From: an uncultured cyanobacterium
Lineage (GTDB): Bacteria; Cyanobacteriota; Cyanobacteriia; Cyanobacteriales; Nostocaceae
Length of the DNA: 64,000 bases
Assembly (NCBI GenBank): GCA_963740315.1
Contig: CAVUDP010000004.1
Coordinates: 224,001 to 288,000, forward strand
Direction: 5' to 3'
Shown in pieces: positions 52,005 through 63,678 of this stretch (positions within the stretch are counted from its first letter, which is position 1; every line of letters begins with the position of its first letter). A program made the position numbers and the translations under genes. A model generated the notes under the pieces. That model did no database searches. It was given only the letters and a program-made list of their open reading frames with translations, and was not told where the DNA came from.

Positions 52005-53387
52005 CTAAGTATCTTTGACTAAATCCGATAGCACAAGAAATGCTGCAACTTCCACATGAGCTGTCTGAGGAAAAAAATCAGCCGGTTGTACTCGCGACAA
52101 TATGTATAAACCATCTTGACAAAGTTGCTTTAAGTCACGAGCAAGTGTTGCTACTTTACAACTCATATAAACAATACGAGTTGGTTTTACTGTACGTAAA
52201 GTTTCAATTACAGTGCGATCGCATCCTTTTCTTGGTGGGTCAAGTATAACAATATCTGGTTTATGAGATATCCGAGACAGTAATTCTTCTACCTTTCCCG
52301 AATGGAAGGTAACGTTGTTTATGTGATTATACTGAGCATTTATTTTTGCAGCAGCTATTGATGATTGTTGTATTTCTAAACCAATAGCATGATGTACTTG
52401 TAATGAGAGCGGTAAAGTTAAAGTCCCAATACCACAATAAGCATCAACTAATATTTCGTTACCTTGTAAATTTAATTCGGATTGGATTTCGTATAATAAT
52501 GCTTCTGCTGTTTCAGTATTTACTTGGAAAAAAGTATCTGGTCTAATTTGAAATTTTAAATCGGCAAATTTTTCTTCTAAGTAATCCCTCCCAGCGATCG
52601 GTCGAGTTTCCTTACCGAAAATCGCATTAGTACGATGCTCGTTCTGGTTTAACAACACTCCCACTAATGAAGGATATTTATCTAACCATTCTTGTGCTTT
52701 TTGCTCAATTCCTGGCAAATTCCAATCTTTTACCACCAAAGTCAACAAAATTTCCCCGGTACGGCGACCAATACGTAAAGCCAGATGGCGAACGATCCCC
52801 GTATGTTTGTGTTCGTTATAAATCTGCCAACCTAACGATTGGATGTCTTTTTTAACTTCTGCCAAAAAAGGATTCAACCGCGAATCCTGCACCGGACATT
52901 GATTCAGGTTGACGATTTGATGAGAAGATTTTTGGTAATAACCCGCTATAACCCCCCCCGTAGAAGAGATCCCCACCGGGTAAGTCGCTTTGTTGCGGTA
53001 ATTTAATGGTTCACCCCTAGTTATTACCGCATCTACTCGTGGTTGTGTAAAACCACCGATACGTTGTAAAGCTTGAATAACGACTTCACGCTTAGCTGAC
53101 AATTGGTATTCATAACTGATATGCTGCCACTGACAGCCACCACATTTATCAGCAACAATGCAAGCTGGTTTAATTCGATCGCGCGATGATTGTAATAATT
53201 CTTTAACTTTGCCGAAAGCATACTTGGGTTTAACAGTTACCAAACGGACAACAACGCGATCGCCAGGTACAGTATTCGGTACAAACACCACCAATTCACC
53301 GCTTCGCCCTACACCATCACCCGTATCGCTCAAGTCCGTAATTACAACTTCAACCAAATCACCCTGCTTCAACGTTGTTCTAGTCAT
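52005..53387 (-). CDS. rlmD: 23S rRNA (uracil-1939-C5)-methyltransferase
   Basis: TRAM domain, CGGCQWQH, FFQVN, DAYCGIG, DPPRKG, YMSC and DFFPQTAHVE. Confidence 0.92.
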   Translation of the reverse strand: MTRTTLKQGDLVEVVITDLSDTGDGVGRSGELVVFVPNTVPGDRVVVRLVTVKPKYAFGKVKELLQSSRDRIKPACIVADKCGGCQWQHISYEYQLSAKREVVIQALQRIGGFTQPRVDAVITRGEPLNYRNKATYPVGISSTGGVIAGYYQKSSHQIVNLNQCPVQDSRLNPFLAEVKKDIQSLGWQIYNEHKHTGIVRHLALRIGRRTGEILLTLVVKDWNLPGIEQKAQEWLDKYPSLVGVLLNQNEHRTNAIFGKETRPIAGRDYLEEKFADLKFQIRPDTFFQVNTETAEALLYEIQSELNLQGNEILVDAYCGIGTLTLPLSLQVHHAIGLEIQQSSIAAAKINAQYNHINNVTFHSGKVEELLSRISHKPDIVILDPPRKGCDRTVIETLRTVKPTRIVYMSCKVATLARDLKQLCQDGLYILSRVQPADFFPQTAHVEVAAFLVLSDLVKDT

Positions 53388-53394
53388 CGTTCTT

Positions 53395-53520
53395 CAGTTA
53401 TCAATTATCAGTTATCGGTTATCAATTATCAGTTACCAGTTACCACTTCTCAATATCGATCCCCATCCCCCCATCCCCCCATCCCCCCATCCCCCCATCT
53501 CCCGATCTTCCCCATCCCCT
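53395..53520. repeat. STRR tandem repeats (TTATCAG; CCCCCCAT)
   Basis: Directly visible. Confidence 0.8.
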
Positions 53521-53587
53521 TCACTTCTGAGTACTTGAATCGGTAAACTATCAGTAATAATAAAAAAAGTACTTTCTTTTACAAATC

Positions 53588-54073
53588 ATGAGTGTAGTAA
53601 GACAAGTTATTCTCCAAGCCGACGACGAACTGCGTTATCCCAGCAGTGGCGAACTTAGGAATATCAAAGACTATTTACAAACCGGCGAACAACGGTTGCG
53701 AATCGTTAATACCCTAACTGAAAATGAAAAGAAGATAGTTGAACAAGCTACCAAAACACTTTGGCAAAAGCGTCCTGACTTTATTGCACCAGGAGGTAAT
53801 GCTTACGGACAGCGCGAGCGTGCGCTATGCGTCCGCGATTATGGTTGGTACTTGCGCTTAGTCACCTACGGAATATTGGCTGGTGATAAAGAACCAATTG
53901 AAAAAATTGGTCTAATTGGCGTAAAGGAAATGTACAACTCATTGGGAGTCCCAGTTCCCGGAATGGTAGAAGCGATTAAGGGACTAAAAGAAGCTTCTAT
54001 TAATTTACTAAGTGCTGAAGATGCACAACAAACTGCTCCCTACTTCGATTTCATCATTCAATCCATGTCCTAA
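53588..54073 (+). CDS. apcD: Allophycocyanin alpha-B subunit
   Basis: [17 protein letters not shown], chromophore Cys in [13 protein letters not shown], and [13 protein letters not shown]. Confidence 0.95.
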   Translation: MSVVRQVILQADDELRYPSSGELRNIKDYLQTGEQRLRIVNTLTENEKKIVEQATKTLWQKRPDFIAPGGNAYGQRERALCVRDYGWYLRLVTYGILAGDKEPIEKIGLIGVKEMYNSLGVPVPGMVEAIKGLKEASINLLSAEDAQQTAPYFDFIIQSMS

Positions 54074-54254
54074 TCGGCTGCCATATCCTACAAATCCTTT
54101 TTGATAGGAATGAAAAAACAAAAACCTTGAATATAATACGGATTTAATTCAGAATCCAGCTTAAATTCACCTTCCCCACACTTGCTAGTGGCTGCGGCAG
54201 AATCATCTGTCAAGTTACCAATCATCTGTGGGGAAACTTTTCAGTTACCAGTTA

Positions 54255-54520
54255 TTAAAGGTTAAAGGTCTGCATGTCAAAGGTCAAAGGTCTGCATGTC
54301 AAAGGTCAAAGGTCTGCATGTTAAAGGTCAAGGGTATTGAAAGTTAGGAGTTAAGAGTGAGGAGTGAGGAGTTAGGAATTAGGAATTAGGAATTAGGAAT
54401 TAATTTCTCCTTGTCCCCTTGTCTCCTTGTCCCCTTGTCTCCTTGTCCCCTTGTCCCCTTGTCTCCCCATCTCCCCATCCCCCTATCTCCTCCGAACCCC
54501 ATCCCCAATGCCCAATGCGC
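54255..54520. repeat. Composite STRR tandem repeats
   Basis: AAAGGTCTGCATGTC, TAGGAAT and TTGTCCCC units. Confidence 0.85.
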
Positions 54521-54537
54521 TATATATATATAAATAC

Positions 54538-54577
54538 AAAAAGCCGACAGTCCTTTGCTCAAGGCTGTCGGCTATTA
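54538..54577 (-). terminator. Intrinsic terminator on minus strand with no upstream CDS
   Basis: Minus strand AGCCGACAGCCTTGAGCAAAGGACTGTCGGCTTTTT. Confidence 0.6.
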
Positions 54578-55136
54578 GTGTGTTCCCTATTAATGACTCG
54601 GCTAGAGTTCAGTTATTTATTATTATGCTTATTTCTCTGTTATTAGCAGAGGATCTCAATCATGAATGCTTGTGATTCTCGTCACAACAAAGTCTCGTGT
54701 AAGCTGTATTAATTTATTTTTGGTAGTAAAAAAATCTAATTTAGCAAATGGCATTAAAGGTAATCCGAATTATGAATAGGCGTACACTCAGTGCAAAAAA
54801 AATATTCGATCTGTAGGGTGCGTGAATATTTTGGAAAAAAATTAAAATCTCATCCTTAGGATGGTTGCGGCATCGTTTTTAAGAGATATTAATTTTCATA
54901 AAAGCTTTTATGCCTATAAAATAAGAAACCGTCTGCGAAAAAATTATAATTTTGTATGTAAAATTCCGAATTTTAAAGGAATATCTATACAATTAAGATT
55001 AGTTGCAGCCTTAAAATAGTCAGTCCGCGATTCTGGGGAGGTCGGTTTGCCTATCCCTTGTCCGAATTAGAATCGAACGAGTCAAAATATAAGAAGAAAG
55101 CATTCATTCAAAGAGCAATTCAAATTCTCTACAGTT

Positions 55137-56483
55137 ATGACATACGATTACGATTTATTTATAATGGGTGCTGGTTCTGCTGGTGCGGCTGCTGCAAAAA
55201 AAGCTGCTTCTTTGGGCGTGCGTGTAGCTGTAGCCGAACAAGAAGCCCTTGGCGGTACCTGCTTGAATCGCGGTTGCATTCCTAAAAAGTTGATTGTCTA
55301 TGCCGCTGACTTCGCGTTACAAAACAAAATAGCAACTGATTATGGCTGGAGCAAAAGTTCGTCGCACTTCGATTGGACTCATTTTATTGCGTCGGTACAC
55401 AAGCACATAGATAGTATCAACTGTACGTATCAAGAAAAATTTAAGAAAAGTGGGATTGAATTAATTCGAGGTCATGCGACTTTTATTGATGCTCACACAA
55501 TTAAAGTTGATGAACGTAAAATCACTGCGGACAAAATTTTAATTGCTGTAGGCGCACGTCCTTTTGTACCGGATATTCCCGGTGTCGAATACGCGATTAC
55601 TTCCCGCGAAATGTTTCATTTACCGTATTTGCCCAAACGCTTGGCAATAGTTGGTGGGGGTTACATTGGCGTAGAATTTTCTAGCATGATGAATGCTTTG
55701 GGTTGCCGAGTCACTGTTATTGATACGAGTGAAACGATTTTAGAAGGATTTGATGACGATATTCGTAAAAGCCTTCAAGAAAGTTTATCTCAACGGGGAA
55801 TTAAAATTATTAACAACAGCACGGCGACGCACATAAAACATTACGAAGAGGGCTTGCTGTTAACCGTAAATGGTAAGTACAAAAAAACTATCGCCGCCGA
55901 TACTATTTTAGTTGCTACCGGACGCGCTCCAAATACCGAAAAGCTCGATCTAGATAACGCTCAAGTAAAAATGGGCGAAAAAGGCGCGATCGAAGTAGAT
56001 GAATATAGCCGCACCAGTCAGGACAATATTTTCGCCGTTGGAGATTGTACCAACCGCTTGCAGTTAACGCCGGTTGCAAAATCAGAAGCCGTTGCTTTTG
56101 TCAATACTGTTTTTGGGAATAAACCGCAAACGGTAAATTATGGCGATGTGCCTTCTGCCGTTTTTGCTCGTCCGGAAATGGCAAGTATCGGGATGACTGA
56201 AAATCAAGCCCGTGAGAAATTTGGTGATTCGGTAAAATGTTATGGCGATAAGTTCCAACCATTAATGTATCAGTTGGCTGCTTCTGAGGAGCAAACAATA
56301 GTTAAAATAGTAGTCGAGGGTGAATCCGAGCGAGTCATTGGAATTCATATGTTAGGAGAACACGCAGCGGATATCATTCAATGTCTTGGTGTTGCATTTC
56401 GTAAAGGTATTACAAAACTTGACTTAGACGATGCTATTGCCATTCATCCCACTACCGCAGAAGAATTCCTAACCTTAGATTAA
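55137..56483 (+). CDS. gor: Glutathione-disulfide reductase paralogue
   Basis: GAGSAG, GGTCLNRGCIPKK, GGGYIG, AVGD, LTPVA and HPTTAEEF. Confidence 0.85.
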   Translation: MTYDYDLFIMGAGSAGAAAAKKAASLGVRVAVAEQEALGGTCLNRGCIPKKLIVYAADFALQNKIATDYGWSKSSSHFDWTHFIASVHKHIDSINCTYQEKFKKSGIELIRGHATFIDAHTIKVDERKITADKILIAVGARPFVPDIPGVEYAITSREMFHLPYLPKRLAIVGGGYIGVEFSSMMNALGCRVTVIDTSETILEGFDDDIRKSLQESLSQRGIKIINNSTATHIKHYEEGLLLTVNGKYKKTIAADTILVATGRAPNTEKLDLDNAQVKMGEKGAIEVDEYSRTSQDNIFAVGDCTNRLQLTPVAKSEAVAFVNTVFGNKPQTVNYGDVPSAVFARPEMASIGMTENQAREKFGDSVKCYGDKFQPLMYQLAASEEQTIVKIVVEGESERVIGIHMLGEHAADIIQCLGVAFRKGITKLDLDDAIAIHPTTAEEFLTLD

Positions 56484-56605
56484 ATCGAGGAAAATTACTC
56501 TTTAAAAATAGCTTAGTGTGGGAATAGTATTATCTTTTCGCACGATCGCTGTATATAAGCGTAATTTCACCTGGTTTATATATTGCAAAGAACACGCTTA
56601 AAATT

Positions 56606-57982
56606 ATGACTTACGACTACGATCTGTTTGTAATTGGTGCCGGTTCCGGAGGTTTAGCAGCTTCCAAACGCGCCGCCAGCTACGGGAAAAAAGTGGCGAT
56701 CGCCGAATACGATTTGGTAGGCGGAACCTGTGTTATCCGTGGCTGCGTTCCCAAAAAACTCATGGTGTATGCTTCTCACTTTCCCTCACTATTTGAAAGT
56801 GCCGCAGGCTATGGTTGGAAAGTCGGCGATACTGAGTTGGACTGGGAAAAGTTTATCACATCTATAGATAAAGAAGTACGAAGACTCTCTGCGCTGCATA
56901 TAAACTTCTTGGAAAGAGCAGGAGTAGAATTAATTCAAAGTCGCGCTGCCTTAGTTGACGAGCATACTATAGAAGTTGATGGACGCAAAGTTACTGCGGA
57001 TAAAATTTTGATTGCGGTTGGGGGAAGACCAACCAAACCTGATATACCGGGGATGGAATATGGTATCACCTCGAATGAGATTTTCCACCTCAAAGAAAAA
57101 CCCCAGCATATTGCCATTCTTGGCGCTGGATATATAGGTACTGAATTCGCCTGTATTATGCGGGGTTTGGGTTGCGAAGTAACCCAAATTATCCGTGGCG
57201 ACATGATTTTGAAAGGTTTTGACGAGGATATCCGTACCGGAATTCAGGAAGGAATGACAAATCACGGTATTCGGTTAATTAAAAATACTGTAGTCACCTC
57301 CGTAGAAAAAGAATCGTCTCGCTTAAAGTTAAACTTATTTGGAGAACAAGAATCAGTAATTGCCGATGTGTTATTGGTTGCAACGGGTCGCGTACCTAAT
57401 GTTGACGGACTGGGTTTAGACAAAGCTAAAGTGGGTTTGATACCTAGTGAAGTTGAAGGACATGGATACGGCACCATGAACGCGATCGCCGTTGACGAAT
57501 ACAGTCAAACCAATCATCCACATATCTTTGCTGTAGGTGACGTTACCGATAGAATTAATTTAACCCCAGTCGCGATCGGTGAAGGTAGAGCTTTTGCAGA
57601 TAGCGAATATGGTCAGATGAAGCGCGTTTTCAGCCACTCCGATGTTGCTACTGCCGTATTTACCACACCAGAAGCCGCCACGGTAGGATTAACAGAAGCT
57701 CAAGCCAAGCAAAAATTCGGAGAGGACAAAGTTAAAATTTATCGCACCCGCTTCCGCCCCATGTTCTACACCTTGCCACAACAAGAAGAAAGAACAATGA
57801 TGAAATTAGTAGTGGATGCCCAAACGGATACAGTTTTAGGCGCTCACATGGTGGGAGACTATGCAGCAGAGATAATTCAAGGTATAGCCATAGCTGTAAA
57901 AATGGGCGCGACAAAGAAAGACTTTGACGCTACCGTTGGTATTCACCCTTCAGCAGCAGAAGAATTTGTGACGATGCGGTAA
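56606..57982 (+). CDS. gor: Glutathione-disulfide reductase
   Basis: GAGSGG, GGTCVIRGCVPKK, LTPVAI and HPSAAEEF. Confidence 0.93.
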   Translation: MTYDYDLFVIGAGSGGLAASKRAASYGKKVAIAEYDLVGGTCVIRGCVPKKLMVYASHFPSLFESAAGYGWKVGDTELDWEKFITSIDKEVRRLSALHINFLERAGVELIQSRAALVDEHTIEVDGRKVTADKILIAVGGRPTKPDIPGMEYGITSNEIFHLKEKPQHIAILGAGYIGTEFACIMRGLGCEVTQIIRGDMILKGFDEDIRTGIQEGMTNHGIRLIKNTVVTSVEKESSRLKLNLFGEQESVIADVLLVATGRVPNVDGLGLDKAKVGLIPSEVEGHGYGTMNAIAVDEYSQTNHPHIFAVGDVTDRINLTPVAIGEGRAFADSEYGQMKRVFSHSDVATAVFTTPEAATVGLTEAQAKQKFGEDKVKIYRTRFRPMFYTLPQQEERTMMKLVVDAQTDTVLGAHMVGDYAAEIIQGIAIAVKMGATKKDFDATVGIHPSAAEEFVTMR

Positions 57983-58083
57983 GCAGTTATCAATTATCAA
58001 TGAACAATTATCAATGAACAAGATTCAATTTTATAAGTACAATTTTTCAAACATTCTTTTAAGCGATAATTGATAATTGATAA

Positions 58084-58737
58084 TTGATAACTAATAAATT
58101 GCATTACATCTACCTGCATGGCTTTGCATCGAGTCCTAATTCTAATAAAGCTAATTACATACTCGAACGCTTTGCTGAAAATAAAATAAAACTAGAAATT
58201 CCTGATTTAAATTGTGACGATTTTTATCACCTGACAATCACGCGCCAGCTAAACCAAGTTGTTGCAAGTTTTGAGCAAAAAAAGGACTTAACTATTATAG
58301 GTTCTAGCTTAGGAGGTTTAACAGCAGCCTATATAGGAGAAGAATTCTTACAGGTAAAACGTTTAATTTTGCTAGCGCCAGCTTTTGGATTTTTATCTCA
58401 CTGGCTGCCTACTTTAGGTACAGAAGTTATACAGCGCTGGCAGCAAGAAAAATATATTATGGTTCATCATTACGGCGAACAACGAGAATTACCTTTAAGT
58501 TATGATTTCTTGACTGACGCGAATCAATACCAGGAACAAGTTTTGCAACGTGCGATTCCTACACTGATTTTGCACGGACAACATGACGAAGTAATTCCGA
58601 TCCAAGCTAGCCGAGATTTTGCTCAAAAACGTTCTTGGGTAGAGTTAATAGAACTTAATAGCGACCATGCCCTAAGTAATGTGATGATGGAAATCTGGCA
58701 GGCAATTGAAGATTTTTGCCAGATATCTAAGAGTTAA
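58084..58737 (+). CDS. YqiA/YcfP-like alpha/beta hydrolase
   Basis: YLHGFASSP, GSSLGG, HGQHDE and SDH catalytic triad motifs. Confidence 0.88.
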   Translation: MITNKLHYIYLHGFASSPNSNKANYILERFAENKIKLEIPDLNCDDFYHLTITRQLNQVVASFEQKKDLTIIGSSLGGLTAAYIGEEFLQVKRLILLAPAFGFLSHWLPTLGTEVIQRWQQEKYIMVHHYGEQRELPLSYDFLTDANQYQEQVLQRAIPTLILHGQHDEVIPIQASRDFAQKRSWVELIELNSDHALSNVMMEIWQAIEDFCQISKS

Positions 58738-59002
58738 TTCAAAAAATTATTGCCCGGAACACCTATAGATAATTTCTGGAATACTAAATTATTGTCAAAA
58801 ATAGCGTAATTTACGTAAGTTTGAACTGATAAGATTGTTTATATGATACAGCTATATATTTCTACATAGTTTTAACGTCGGATTTTGGAATTTAGATATA
58901 ATCCAGAATTCACAATATAAAATCCGGTACAAGAAAGTTTGCGAGGGCGGCTGTGTTCCCCGGCACCGTAACTTTCCACAAAATCCAAAATCCAAAATAA
59001 AT

Positions 59003-60154
59003 ATGCTTCCCTTCCTCCGCAAAGAATTAGTCGAATTAGCAGCTTACAAACCTCTTCTTGGTATTGGTGTAGCTTCTTCAATATCATCAACGCCAACATC
59101 AGATAAACTTGATACTAATGAAAGTCCTTACGATTTACCTGCCGAGTTAAAAGAAAAATTAGCGTGGACTTATAAAGAGTTAATCGAAACCAATCGTTAT
59201 CCAGATGGCGGACATTCTTTACTCAAGCAAGCGATCGCCGAATACATTAATGATTCGGCTAATCTTTCAACGAACGTTTTTGTAAGCAATAATATCTCCC
59301 TGGGTAATGGTTCAGATGAACTAATTCGTTCAATATTAATTGCTACTTGCTTGGGAGGAAATGGTTCAGTCTTAATGGCTCAACCCACTTTCTCAATGTA
59401 CGGTGTATTGGCACAGGCTTTAGGAATTCCTGTAATCGCAATACCGAGAAATTCCGAAAATTTTGAAATGGATTTGGAAGCAGCCTCAATTGCTACAGAA
59501 ACAAATCGGGAACAACCTGTAAGAACGGTTTTTGTAGTTCATCCCAACTCTCCTACGGGTAATTGCTTAACTTCAGCAGAGTTGACATGGCTAAGAAGTT
59601 TACCAGAACATATTTTGGTAGTAATTGATGAAGCTTATTTTGAATATAGTCAAACTACTTTAGCAGGTGAATTATCCCAACATCCTAATTGGGTTATATT
59701 ACGGACATTTTCTAAAGGTTTCCGTTTAGCTGCAATGCGTGTAGGTTACTCTATTGCTCATCCCGAACTGATTGCCATCTTAGAAAAAGTGCGCTTACCT
59801 TACAATCTGCCTAGTTTTTCAATAGCTGCCGCATTAATAGCCATACAAAACCGCTCGCTTTTACTTGAGCCTGTTTCTCAAACCTTAAGCGAACGTTCTA
59901 AATTAATCGAAAGTTTATCTCAATATCCAGAATTACAAATATTTGATAGTGCCGCCAACTTTATTTTCCTGCGTCTCAAATCAACAGGTGACAAAATAAA
60001 TGATGCTTTAACAAATCTTCACAAACAACTGAAAGATTCTGGCTGTTTGGTGCGTCTTACTGGCGGTGGATTGCGAATTACTGTGGGTTCTCCCTCGGAA
60101 AATGTCCGCACTTTAAACAGATTTAAAACGGCTTTAAAAAATATTGAAGTATAA
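59003..60154 (+). CDS. hisC: Histidinol-phosphate aminotransferase
   Basis: [33 protein letters not shown] and [16 protein letters not shown]. Confidence 0.92.
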   Translation: MLPFLRKELVELAAYKPLLGIGVASSISSTPTSDKLDTNESPYDLPAELKEKLAWTYKELIETNRYPDGGHSLLKQAIAEYINDSANLSTNVFVSNNISLGNGSDELIRSILIATCLGGNGSVLMAQPTFSMYGVLAQALGIPVIAIPRNSENFEMDLEAASIATETNREQPVRTVFVVHPNSPTGNCLTSAELTWLRSLPEHILVVIDEAYFEYSQTTLAGELSQHPNWVILRTFSKGFRLAAMRVGYSIAHPELIAILEKVRLPYNLPSFSIAAALIAIQNRSLLLEPVSQTLSERSKLIESLSQYPELQIFDSAANFIFLRLKSTGDKINDALTNLHKQLKDSGCLVRLTGGGLRITVGSPSENVRTLNRFKTALKNIEV

Positions 60155-60187
60155 CTGCCTTCCATAAGGGTTTTTACCCAATATTTT

Positions 60188-60742
60188 TTAACTTAGGGTA
60201 TCTACTTCATTTCCAAAACGGCGTACTATTGCTACAGTTTGTGGCAAAACTCCCACTAACATCGCAAATGCTTCATCCGGTAGCTGACTGACTATTTCTG
60301 GTGGAAAATATTGTTCAAACTGGTCGAGAATTCTTTGAATTCGTTGCTGGGGAACTGGATTTTCAGTAATTTGCTTAATTAACCTAATCCACTGTCGCCT
60401 AATCAAATAAGACTTTTGGCGTTCATCGGAGGAAGAGGTACTTAGCAACATTGACGAAATATTTCCGATCGGCAATACGTAAAGGCAGTCGCGATCGTAA
60501 TCGCCACCAACAGCAGCTCCTGGTCCGGCAAACTCTGCATGATAGCCTTTAAAGAGTATTAGCCCATTTCGCCTACGACTATTGACCATGAAAATCTTTC
60601 CACTATGTAGTTTTGTCAGGAGATCCGAGCCATAAGATTGCTCAAGTCCATCTGGCATTACAAGATAGTCAAGGAAACAAGTGTCAGGATAATAAGTTGA
60701 TACCATAGCAGTTTGATAGCGTTGGCGCTTCTCGCTATCCAT
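60188..60742 (-). CDS. Conserved cyanobacterial hypothetical, possible Crp-like C-terminal HTH
   Basis: HAEFAGPGAAVGG, RRQWIRL and AMLVGVLPQTV. Confidence 0.6.
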   Translation of the reverse strand: MDSEKRQRYQTAMVSTYYPDTCFLDYLVMPDGLEQSYGSDLLTKLHSGKIFMVNSRRRNGLILFKGYHAEFAGPGAAVGGDYDRDCLYVLPIGNISSMLLSTSSSDERQKSYLIRRQWIRLIKQITENPVPQQRIQRILDQFEQYFPPEIVSQLPDEAFAMLVGVLPQTVAIVRRFGNEVDTLS

Positions 60743-61620
60743 GTTTTTTTAAAATTTAAACAAGAAAGGAACTGGTTTGAACGTGAAACTCGCAATTGCT
60801 AATTAAATCAATTAATACAGCTATTAGCTTTGATATTATCTAAAGCTTTATTGTTCGGTTTAACTAAATTAGAATTAAATCAAATCGGTTAACTAATTGA
60901 GTAACCATATTTTATGTGATTTAGTTGGATTTGTCTTCCAGTCCAGGAATGTTTACTTAAAGTTTCCATAAAGATAGAGATTTCATATACAAAGTTAGTG
61001 TAAGACATTAGTCAATGTAAGTGTAATTTTACTGAATTGCTCATAATTTTTAGTTTTAGATGCTTTTACTATTTAACGTGTTAATCACAAAAACTCTCTT
61101 GGGGTATTTATGAACTCAGTTATATATATTTTATATATATTTTTACACTATATAGTGTTAAGTATCGCTACAAAATTTAGCTTACTACAACTATATCCGC
61201 AATATTTTAAAGAAAATATAAACATATCAACAATAAGAGCGAAGTTATTGTGACCTTATCGCTTTAAATTGCTCCTGAATGGTTCTCCGACTATACGGGT
61301 ACAATCTCTAAATCCTACGCTGAAAAAAATGTGATGCAGATTGCTTTTTTATAAACATCAAGTCATCCACAGAAATTCAACAGAACAAACCCGATTTTAA
61401 ATGAATATTTTTATCAAAGACAAATATAAAGGAATGTGAAGTATATAGTTATAATAACTATCAAATGTTTTTGACATCTAATAGCATATAATTACCTGTT
61501 TTAATCATAAAATTGGTATAATATCAGTTGAAGATTTAGTCAAGCTATCAATTTGCTATGAACGTAAATTGTTTAACTGCGGAGAATATTGATAATTCGT
61601 GCAGAAATTAAAGTGAGAAT

Positions 61621-62262
61621 TTAAGAGTCTAAAAGGCATTTATATAGTAAAATTTGTCGCGAGCGTCTAAATAAAAATGTATTCCAATTAGAATCAATTT
61701 GGTGCATACGGTATCCTAATTTGAAATACAGTTGTCGTGCTTGATGGTTATTTTCTAAAACATGGAGATACAAATCTTTAAATCCCCATTCGCGGGCAAC
61801 TTTTTCACAACTAGTTAATAACGCACGAGCCGCACCTTGCCTGCGGTATTGCGGATTTACAGCTAAATTAGATAAATAAGCAAAACTTTTTCTAGTACCC
61901 GTGTAAGTCCAAGAATCGCCCAAACGCACGCTTAATTCTACAGTTGCAACTAAATCCAAGTTTGCTCGATCGCTAGTATCAACAGCTACTAAACAAGCAT
62001 GATGGGGGGCGGAGGCAGTCAAACGATGTCTTAAGTCTTCATAAATTCCCAAGCGCAACAATGGAAAAGCCCATCCCCATATACCATGACGGGAGTGAAA
62101 GCTTTCGGCGATAATTTCGGCAACACCAGCTAAATCGGCTGGGGTGCATTGCCGAATTTGGAATTGGGAGGCACTTGGGGTAGTGGCTACCGCAACTGGC
62201 TTTTGATGGGATGGAAAAGAAAATGCTTGAGTCAAGGCTAGTTTACTGTTAAAGTTATTCAT
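61621..62262 (-). CDS. GNAT family N-acetyltransferase
   Basis: YLSNLAVNPQYRRQGAA and LHVLENNHQARQLYFKLGY. Confidence 0.9.
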   Translation of the reverse strand: MNNFNSKLALTQAFSFPSHQKPVAVATTPSASQFQIRQCTPADLAGVAEIIAESFHSRHGIWGWAFPLLRLGIYEDLRHRLTASAPHHACLVAVDTSDRANLDLVATVELSVRLGDSWTYTGTRKSFAYLSNLAVNPQYRRQGAARALLTSCEKVAREWGFKDLYLHVLENNHQARQLYFKLGYRMHQIDSNWNTFLFRRSRQILLYKCLLDS

Positions 62263-63678
62263 CTATATATATGAGTCAAATATTCTAGTACACCATCCGT
62301 CCTTATATGAAAACTCTAATTTAAAAATATATAAATTGGAAGTTGGCATAGAATTTCTTTAAAGATAAAGAATTGGAGGAGAGTGACAAAAACAAATGAA
62401 TTAAAGGAAATACATAAATTTGAATTCATATTTTCGCTCTACTTAAGATATAAATCTTAATTGAGTGTAATCCTTACCTTTATTGCAGTATACGGTGCTA
62501 GACCAGAGGGGATTGTAACTATTTGCTAAAAATATCCCCAAACTATCATTTTTAAATAGCAACACGCACAATAGCAGTATTTTTTTCCACCGTAGGAATA
62601 ACTACCATTAACTTGGGAATGCGCTCAATTTGCCCGCTGAGATTCTGCACTGCCTGTATTTGCCGATTTGTTTAGTATGGCAGGTTAATAAGTTGTTTTT
62701 TATCCTCCCGACTATTGATAGTAACAAGTTCTTCATCAAAAACCGAGCTTCTCATACAATTCCCAAGATTAAGAGTTTTAAAAGGCATAACGCATACACA
62801 AGGAATAAATATTCTAATCCATGTTCCGTGCTTTTGGCTTTCATAACACCAATTTTTCCTGCATCATTATCTTGTCCCGGTGGTTCAAGCGTATAAACGA
62901 TTACCTGTCAACCTATATTCATGCTAATTCGTAGTTATATTCAACGTTCAATAAAATACAAGCTCAAGCAATGCTTGTTAAACTGACATTAAATAATTAG
63001 CTTTAGTTTTGGTAGCAAACGTATACGCAATTTCTACATAATTTATAGGTCGTTTGTGTAAGCCAGTAATAGTTTTCCGTCTTACTGTTTATCCGATCGC
63101 TCGAACGCCAAGCAAGATTCTGTTGATAAATAAATTTGCGATCTAATTGATACAATAAAAATTTACCCATGTGACTAACCGTAAGTGCTATATTAAGGGG
63201 TTTCAGTTTAAAAATGTAAGATAATATACCTATATCAGGGCTAATTTTCTAGTAATATTGCCGATCTAATAACGATCGCCATCAATAAAAATTACTTTCA
63301 GATGTTAGTGTTGGTGCTAAGGCGGGAAAACTAAGACGACAGATGCTGGGTGGATGAATCTAGCCCGGATTAACAACTGTACGTTTAATTAAAAATTCTC
63401 GCCGGGGGTGAAGAAAAATTTGGCTACAAAATATCGATTCTTTAAAACCGAAACTGGGTATGAAAATAATTGGGGTACGCGCCTGATTAATTTTAATCGG
63501 CACTCCTCACCGCTCTCATTCGACTGTCTTACCATAAAGCTTTGCGAATTAGCCTATATGCAAGCTATTGCCTATTGCCGCAATTAAAATACTCTGCCAT
63601 TAAATAAGCTCGAATGTTAAAACATTCTTACCCGATTCAATTATTTATCCGACTGCCGTTACTGCATGGAAGCGGTGC

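Noticed and set aside
62630..62896. 88-aa plus-strand ORF
   Set aside because: TTG start, no RBS and no recognisable domain
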